From assembly GCA_964057225.1 (NCBI GenBank), contig OZ059894.1, forward strand, positions 7,502,001 to 7,566,000: a stretch of 64,000 nt of DNA. Direction: 5' to 3'. Shown here piece after piece: positions 10,964-20,000 of this stretch. A model generated the notes under the pieces. The model saw only the letters and a program-made list of their open reading frames with translations, was not told the origin of the DNA and ran no database searches. The position numbers and the translations under genes were made by a program. Within the stretch, counting starts at the first letter, position 1; each line of letters begins with the position of its first letter. This stretch comes from Auanema rhodensis. Its lineage: Eukaryota; Animalia; Nematoda.

Positions 10964-10975
10964 AAGGTGGGGGGA
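10964..10975 (+). promoter_or_regulatory. E1 polypurine tract
   Basis: AAGGTGGGGGGA immediately before the 3' LTR. Confidence 0.85.
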
Positions 10976-11356
10976 TGTCACATCTGCTAGCACATGGTAA
11001 ACATGTGCGCGCTATTCAAATAGCGGGAGCCTGAACAAGCCCCGCCTACAACATGGGACACACATGGCACTCTTGCTTCTGGCCTAACCCAGATAGGTTG
11101 TCTTATAGCCATGTGAGTCTCATCTCTATATCATCTATATATATACTCTATTTAATACTTTATTATATCTCTTTATATTCTTTCTTAATGTAATTCTTAT
11201 ATTGTATTTTCTTGTTATCTGATAATGAATCTTTTTCTCTTTAAGTATTTGTCTTAATAAGGAAATCGGGGCGTTCGGGTCTGCCTACCTAAGGAACAAG
11301 GTAGAAGTACATATATCTTCCGACCATGAAAAGACGGGAAGAAACAATATGTAACG
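10976..11356 (+). repeat. E1 3' LTR
   Basis: Copy of 1233-1613. Confidence 0.95.
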
Positions 11357-11580
11357 GATATATTGTGATAGAAAGCTCCAAGCTTATGATTACCGTTTTT
11401 GGATGCATCAGGAATAGACGGCAGATCTCTTGTGAGATCATATTCTAGGAGATAATGTCGATTGGACATTGTTTCTTGGATATATTGTGATAAAAAGGTC
11501 CAAGCTTATGATTACGTTGTTCGGATGCATCAGGAATAGACGGCGGATCTCTTGTGAGATCATATTCTAGGAGATAATGT

Positions 11581-11652
11581 GGCCGAATGGTCTAGGGGTA
11601 TGATTCTCGCTTTGGGTGCGAGAGGTCCCGGGTTCAAATCCCGGTTCGGCCC
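11581..11652 (+). tRNA. tRNA-Pro(TGG)
   Basis: Consensus copy. Confidence 0.96.
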
Positions 11653-11955
11653 AAACTTTTGCTTTCTTTTGTTTCTGAAACAGTTTTGATAAAGCTTTCA
11701 GTTTCGGAACTTCTCTCAAATCCTTTCTTTGGATAATTTCCGGTAAAGAGGTCTAGGCTTATGGTTACGTTGTTTGCATGCATCAGGAATAGACGGCAGA
11801 TCTCTTGTGAGATCATATTCTAGGAGATAATGTCGAATGGACATTGTTTCTTGGATATATTGTGATAAAAAGGTCCAAGCTTATGATTACGTTGTTTGGA
11901 TGCATAAGGGATAGACGGCAGATCTCTTGTGAGATCATATTCCAGGAGATAATGT

Positions 11956-12027
11956 GGCCGAATGGTCTAGGGGTATGATTCTCGCTTTGGGTGCGAGAGG
12001 TCCCGGGTTCAAATCCCGGTTCGGCCC
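11956..12027 (+). tRNA. tRNA-Pro(TGG)
   Basis: Consensus copy. Confidence 0.96.
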
Positions 12028-12208
12028 AAAATTTTGCTTTCTTTTGTTTCACAAAAAGTTTTGATAAAGCTTTCAGTTTCGGAACTTCTCTCAAATCCTT
12101 TCATTGGATATATTCTGGTAAAAAGGTCTAGGCTTATGGTTACGTTGTTTGGATGCATCAGGAATAGACGGCGGATCTCTTGTGAGATCATATTCTAGGA
12201 GATAATGT

Positions 12209-12280
12209 GGCCGAATGGTCTAGGGGTATGATTCTCGCTTTGGGTGCGAGAGGTCCCGGGTTCAAATCCCGGTTCGGCCC
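12209..12280 (+). tRNA. tRNA-Pro(TGG)
   Basis: Consensus copy. Confidence 0.96.
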
Positions 12281-12364
12281 AAAATTTTGCTTTCTTTTGT
12301 TTCACAAAAAGTTTTGATAAAGCTTTCAGTTTCGGAACTTCTCTCAAATCCTTTCATTGGATAT

Positions 12365-12729
12365 CGTTCCATGCGGACGCCTAGTGTATGTAGTTAGTGG
12401 GTTAGAGTTAGACTGACTAGAGGACTGAGGAATAGCTCCGCCTTACCTCGGTTCTCTAACCAGGAGTTCGCCTCTTAGCAAGCCCATGGACGGTTTGTAT
12501 CTAGTTTAGTTTATCTTGTACATTAGTCATTGTCTTGTAAATGTAGTCTACTCCATTCTTGTATTATTGTAGTGTAATGTTGTTGTATCGTGTATAATAA
12601 ATCTATCCTTTTCCTTATCTTATGATATCCTTATGCTCTGTTTTCATACGCTACACTTATGGAATACTATCCGCGTAGTTGAGCAGACTACAATGGTCTG
12701 TTCAGTATACGCAGGAGCATAATGGAACG
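12365..12729 (+). repeat. E2 5' LTR (CGTTCCAT...ATGGAACG)
   Basis: Perfect 8-bp terminal inverted repeat; AATAAA ~12596. Confidence 0.95.
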
Positions 12730-12750
12730 TGGAGGTTCCACCTCGAACTC
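12730..12750 (+). promoter_or_regulatory. E2 PBS (tRNA-Gln type, possibly bipartite)
   Basis: TGGAGGTTCCACC followed by TCGAACTC. Confidence 0.8.
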
Positions 12751-12833
12751 ACTTTTGATCAAAATTAACCTCGAAAAGTCCATTTTTTGAAACTAAATTA
12801 AAATTTCCTCCACGGTTAGCAACTAAATGTAGG

Positions 12834-13327
12834 CGCCAACTTGTATTTAGGGTACAGATACAAGGGATCTCTTTTGATTGAGAGATAGGACAAAAATTTT
12901 TCAAAAATTGCCCGCCGTTCTCATATTTAAACCGTCTGAATGTCCACCCTTTGTAATACCGTATCTCGTACCGCTTCTTATGCATTTTTTTTTGAGGACG
13001 TTTGGACTAAAATAGAGAACGATTTTACCAGACGAAAACTAATCGAATTTTGATTACATTTTGCAATGAGAAGAATAACTCTTGGAAACAAAATAACATA
13101 AACGCGCGCATAACTATAACATTTTTAATTTTGTGGTCAGGACTAGCATACTTCAAATTATGATCATATTCAGACGCACAAGATCACAGATTGAATAACA
13201 TTTTGCGGGAAATTGACTGAAAGTCAGAGAAAATCATTAAGATAGACCACACTAGTCCGAAAAATCCTGGTAAATCTGCTCAGTGAGACTTTTTTAGCTC
13301 TTACTTGACAGTCAGGTCAGGTTGGCG
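12834..13327 (+). ncRNA. Putative structured RNA domain in the E2 5' leader
   Basis: Several long-range complementary blocks conserved in E4, some with compensatory changes (see findings). Confidence 0.6.
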
Positions 13328-14068
13328 AAAACATAACTGCTTTGGATTTTATCCCCATAGAGTATGTAACCTTCCTCAACTCATTTTGTTGCATACATCA
13401 TAAGATAACCACATATTCCTACCGTAACCTTAAAATTTTCACATATTTCTGTTAAAACCGGAATAATTTTCGTATTCTTCAGCAAATAAGCGAAAAAAAA
13501 AAAAAAAAATTTTCTCGTTCTTTTGTTGTTCATATTTGATTGCGAAATTTTATTTAATAATTTTACTTCAAAAAGGTACAATCGAAAAAAAAAAAAAAGA
13601 AAAAAGCGATGTAATTTTCTATTCATTTGTGAACGACAAAGGAAACACAAAGTAAACTTATGCCTCATACACTTTTTGTATTGTGAAGGTTATTCAAAAT
13701 GGTTGCAATTCCATTTTGAAATTGGTTCCAAGTGACTAAAAGAACCGGAAACACAAAAGAAAAAAAAAATTTTTGAAAAGTACACATGTACAACAAACAC
13801 CGTCATTACGGATTTAATAGAAGGACCGAGTATGTCAAATTATAAACACGATTGCTGATTGCCGAATACGGTGGATGGGCGGAGTTAGATCTCTGGCCAA
13901 GATTGAAAATTCCTTCTCATTCACCCTGCAGCATCGCCCCAGCGACGCACGAAAAGTTTCTACTTTAATACAACTCTCATCCTATCTACAGAATACTCAG
14001 CTACTAACGTCAACATCCCTCACGTAGCCCACCACTCTCGGTTTTTCCAAACCAAGAGTACTACAAAG

Positions 14069-17000
14069 GTGGCAAAGAGATTTGCTTCGGCTTTTTCAGC
14101 CCTTCACCCATCAGATTCTAACAGCGACGCTACCGTCGCTAGCCGTACAAGAAGCCGCACACGACTCCTCAGTGTTCAAATAGAAGAGTCTAATCAGCCG
14201 GACGAAAAGCCGAAACCACAACTCGACAAATTCTATACTCCACGCGAAGGTACATATTCACCTTCTGACGACACCGACGAAGACCCGGACTTCATCATAG
14301 CCGACGGCAACGCTCAAACTCCCACTACAAACCCCAAGGTACGCTCATTTAATACTAATAAAAATCGAAAAATTCAAAAAGAAAATCCGACAACCGTATC
14401 TGCCTCTCCTGTTAACTCAGATCCAAACACTTTATCAGCTATCACTGATAACACACTCTCTCCTTCTATAGAGCTAACCCAGAGTCCACAGGCGTATTCC
14501 GCAACTACAGACCTTCGAAACTCTTCAAATCAAGAGCTCACCGAAGCTAATACTAGCCAATCTCCTTTATCAGCTATCACTGATAAGCTCAAAAAGAATA
14601 TTTCCAATAAGAGGAAAACCAGCACACCCCGTAAACGAACAAAAGTAACCACTGAGGCAGAAGCACCCTCCGCAGAAGCTTCAGAAGTTTCACCGTTATC
14701 ACTTACAACTGATAAGTACAAAAACAAGAGATCGTTAACAGCCCGACTGATAAAGATCTTAAACTTATCTCCAGGTGATAAAGCAACAACTCCCAATACC
14801 GTAAGACCTCGATTTGCTTCACATAACTCTTATCTTAACAAATCAGATAGCGCAATCCTTAGCTCCCAATCAACTCCTATAACACCGCCTCAGGCATCTG
14901 GCAGGGTTATCAAGGTCCAAAAAGCTCGTTCTACAACAGCGGTTCCCGTTATAAGCTCTTCAATCGATTCAGAGACCGGTGGCTCTTCAGAGACAAGAAG
15001 AAACACTTACCCAGAAGCATCAATAAGTGAAGTGATAACATCACCTATCACACACCCCAAAGGCATTTCATCAGAAATGACTGAAACACCACGTCTCCCG
15101 GGAGCTGGTAAATCAACCATTGCTCAGGCATTAAGCTCTCCATACTGCCCCATATATGATGGAAGTCGTAACTTTCGAGATTTCGTTGCGAAATTTAACA
15201 CCTTCTCTAATGCCTTAGGCTTAGTGATGCCTGAGAGATTAACTATCTTGCCTCTACTTCTCAAAAATGAAAGAGCGGAAGAAGCTTATACACAGCTGGC
15301 CAATGAAATAAAGACAGCTGGACCTTGGATCACACTGATCGAAGAGTTAACATCGAAGCTTTGCCCTGAATATAATCAGGACCCGGCACTGATAACGCTT
15401 CAAAATTCCACCCAAGGCGACTTATCAGTGGATGGATTTGCGCAAACCCTACGTAACTTAAGTTTGAACGCATTTTCTCAGAGTGATCCTCACAAGGATC
15501 ACATCCTCCGATCAACATTTTTGCGAGGACTCAAAAACAGCATACGCCCTGGGGTAATCAGAGCAAAACCCAAAACTTTTTCTGAAGCTATTGATAACGC
15601 CCGTTGGGAAGAATCAATAGCTAATCAAGTAGCTGACCCTCAAGCGTTACTTGTAAACGCAATAGAAAGAACATTCCCACAAAGGAGAGATCCTGGTAGG
15701 CGAGGAAACGGTAGAGGATATCAATCATTCAACAATAAAAATTATCAAAATTATCAAAATTATCAAAATTCATCAAACTATCAAAAACCTCAAAATTATC
15801 AAAATTCATTTGCAAGAAATCGCAATTTTGGTAATCGCGGTCGAAATTTTTCAAATCAACCTAACTCGAATTGGTATCAAAGAAATAATACTTTATCACG
15901 CAACCAGGAGATAAACGATAACCGTCAACGCTTAAATAATCCCTTCAGGGGAAATAACAACAACAGAGGAAGAGGAAGAGGCTCTAGAGTCAATAACTTG
16001 ACTTTAATATCTCCTTTAACATTAGCAGTAGCTTTATCAGTAATCTTATCACTGATCACCACTGTGGAAGCTTATCAGCTATGCACAAAAGCTACCGGAG
16101 GAGCCCTTCTGATTCCACCTTCCCTTAGAAAATGTTCCATACCATCAACAAAACACGTGCTTCGGACAAGAATTCATCTTTACACAAGAAATCAAACAGC
16201 TCACGAATGGGACGCCTGGAGATGCTCTAAAGAGGTTCATAAAATATGTATAAGAGACCTCCTATTTCTTCGAGACTACAACAGTACAGTTGACAGAATC
16301 GAAAAAATACCAGCCGCAGAATGCAGGTTGGCAGTACGAGATAGGAAATGGAGCTCTGAGGAATTGAAAAAACTTGATAGCATTACATATGCAACAAACG
16401 AGCCAACATTTTCGCCCGGACGATCGCTCAATAATGAACAATGCGAAGAAAAACCTCGACTGGTACTAGAACGAGGAGTAATGACAAGAATGCCAGATGA
16501 CACTGTAATATCGAATTTAATTTTGAATACTGAAGGCTGTCTTTCGCATCACGGAGAATGTGCGTCTAACACTTCTATAATCATTTGGGACAAACAGCCT
16601 TACGAGAATCGTTGTAATTACATTGACATGAGCGAATATGATGCTATAATTGGAGACAGCATCATTCTCATCCCAACAACGCAGTCTGCACTTGTCATTG
16701 AGAACAAAAAAGTCCCGAAAGAAATATCATCTTGTTTCCAACAACCAATTTTTCACACTACAACTGGAAATTATATTCTCTTCCCGAAGTTCCCAAACGA
16801 CATCAATATACATGAACTGATCGAAAGAGAATTCAAGAAATTACCGCCAAAAAGGACAAAAAGAGCCATTGCAGAATGCAAGGTTGAAATGAACAAAGAA
16901 TGGATTCAACAACAGGAAGATTTTGAAACAATAATTTTAAACATATGCCCATATCCATTTCTCCGACCAGTTATGAGCAACCCGGGAATTTCCCAAATTA

Positions 17001-20000
17001 TCCCACTCATGCGTAGCAGACAAATAGCAGATCCTTCATACTCTGTTGTCGACTGGATTTCCGCACATCCTGAGAAATTCTATTTCTTTCTTCGAAATCC
17101 CGTCTCAGATAAATCAATACAACGATTTTTCAAAATTTACGAACTGCGTAACCCTGAAGAGGCTATACTCTTCTTTTTGGCACAAAAAGAGCTGGCAGCA
17201 ACCACAAGAGGCGCTATCCGGTACCTTACTTCTCTACAACTATTAGAGCAGATCGGCGACAGATTGTCAGCGGAAGAATTTGACGAAAAACTCTTAAAGA
17301 AAGATGGATCATACCGCGAAAGAGCAGAAATCATAGCATTAGAACTAGCATTTACGCCCGTAGTATTTGAAAACAACTTGTCGGTACCATCAAAACAAGA
17401 AGTTTTAAAAGCCTTTGTGAACATGCCGCCTACGAGGCCCAGTTTAACGACTGATAGTGAGGAGGAGAGAAGAGTACTTGAAAACACTCTCGACTTATAT
17501 CACAACATAATCAAACTACGCGTGGCTAGGCCAAATAGAACGATAGCCGCCAAGGATGATGAAAGGTTTCGTCATCTGCCGGTTCCTGCCACCAAACTAC
17601 CAGATATACATACATTATACCACGATATAGAGAACAATTTTGGTATACCGGTGGGCCCACATCCTCGTATACAGAATCCTAGCAAAGATACGCGAGAATT
17701 GCTCATTCGGACATTCCTACCTTTGCTAGAAGACACACGCAAACCACCTTACTTGAGTAGAAGACTGCCTATTACCACCACTCAAATGACACCACTATCA
17801 GGGCCTCCGGAAACAATTTACAAAGAACCTACAAAAAGTCAGACGACCTATGCACCACAGCCAGTAACAAAAACCGCTACCTTGGTGCAGCAAACAACAA
17901 GATTTGATGAAACTACTGAGACAACCACGACACACGCAACAAGCACGATGTTATATGCTTTGTACACTGAGAAAACACCTTCAACAATGACACCCATATC
18001 CGAAACCACGCTACGCTCCTTAAGGAAACAAAGAACATCATCGCCTCCTATAGAAACAAAAGCGATTCAGGCTCAGAGCAATTATATAGCATCAAAAGTG
18101 AACAATGAAATGCAAACTAATCAAAATACATCTCGAAAAATAGCACAAGATCATCTGCAATACGCTACCACAATTGTGCAGGAAGAACTACAACGACATT
18201 TTGTGGAATCTTTTGAATCCATATGTGAAATCCAGAATAGATACCTGGAATTATGGCGTTCTATTTTACAAATAGAGCCCACAATTGCAATGAGGACCAT
18301 ACTAGGTAGAGACGATATTGCAGCGCGTTTTGTGGGCAGCGAGATAGTACATGTTCACATATGTCTACCTCTGAAGCCTAAGACTGTTCATTATTCACAT
18401 AAGATCAACGAAACTTGCTATCTAGAGACGCCAGTAACAACAGAGGAGAATAAATTGTATTTTGCTGCACCAGGATCGAAAGATTTATTGACACATGGAA
18501 AAGAAATAAATTGCGATCACGTACCAACTGATGTATATTCAAAAGATGGCGAGTGGATGAATGTCAATGGGTCGGTAGAAGTGAACCCCATCTCACTTCT
18601 TGATGGTGCTCACCATCATCAAATTACACCATTGAAATTTACAGGAGCTCATCTTTATACGAATCTTTCATCACGAATATACTCAATGACTACAGCAATC
18701 GCATACGGAGCTAGTCTTGCATCAATACGACAAAATCACGTATTACATACCATTCACAATGATCCTCAAATAACATCGACATTTAATCTTTTGAAAAGGG
18801 GCAGCGATTATATCTCGAAAGCTAAAGAATTTACATCTACAGCCTGGAACAGTGTCATAGATAGTTTGATAGGGTCAATTGAAAAAACACTCATATTCAT
18901 AGGATCCGTGGTCATAATTATCGCATTGACCATTATTGTTATCGTCATCGCTAAACTATACTTCTGTAAAACAATGCCGTTACCTATCATGCACATTCAA
19001 GGCATGGATCATGAGCCCCCAGGCTATGAAGAAACATTGGAACTTGTTAGTCGAGCAGATCAACCAATGCCAGAAAGCATAATGAAACAATACTATCCAG
19101 CTCTGGTGACATTTATTCCATTAGCAATGCCATTCATCTCTTCTATTAGAGCAACGGAAACAAAGTTACCTTTGATATACATATCAGTAGAGGACAAGCT
19201 GATACTAGCACTATGGGATTCAGGCTCATCAGTCTCATATGTTAGGCTATCGACACTAAAATATTTAAATATGGCTCAACATATTAAAAAGAGACGTTTA
19301 GTTGCAATGGCTGCTAATAAATCAACATTCACATTATATGGAAAAATAGAACTCATTATTGAAATTGCTGGTTATGAAATCGAACACACATTTTTGGTCT
19401 CGAGCGATAACGATTGCCCAGCCCCAGCGTTAATTGGACTCGACTTCATGAAAACGCTCGATAGCGAAAACATCGACGTCAGCCTGAAACCATCCAAAAA
19501 AACGCTCGAGATTGGTAACCACGCTCTTCCTTTGATTGAACAAGAAGTCATTAAACAGAAATCAATAACTGTAAACATCATCAATTTAAAAAGACGTATA
19601 CTACAGCCTGAAGAAGAAGCTCCTATACCAATCAAAACAGACAGGCCACTCGAACAAAACGAAGTGGTAGTCTTAGGAGACAACGGAAGCGCGTTAGCCA
19701 CCAGTTATCCAACAGCGTTTCGTGATACATGTGGAGTATATGTTATATTCAGAAACAATACAGATAAAACGATAGAAATAGAACCCAACTCGGTAATTGG
19801 GCAAGCAAACATAGGAGAAATCCAGTCCTGGCAGTCCATCAAGAACGAGCCAACAACGCCTTATATACCACCCGAGGCAGACTGGGAAAACAAATTACCA
19901 CACTTTCCCAGAGATTTCATGAAAGACCTTAACCTTGAGAAAGCTGACCTAACAAAGGAAGATAAACAAGAACTAACAAAAATAATCGAACAACATAGGG

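Larger units (their letters stand above)
1233..11356 (+). mobile_element. E1: full-length Ty3/gypsy-like LTR retrotransposon/endogenous virus with env between gag and pol
   Basis: 381-bp LTRs that look identical by eye (1233-1613, 10976-11356), TSD GATA (1229-1232, 11357-11360), PBS, PPT, intact polyprotein with PR-RT-RH-IN order. Confidence 0.96.

Noticed and set aside
13381-13735. ORFs in the E2 leader and 3' UTR (also 22918-23343)
   Set aside because: Driven by poly-A/T runs, low complexity, not conserved in E4
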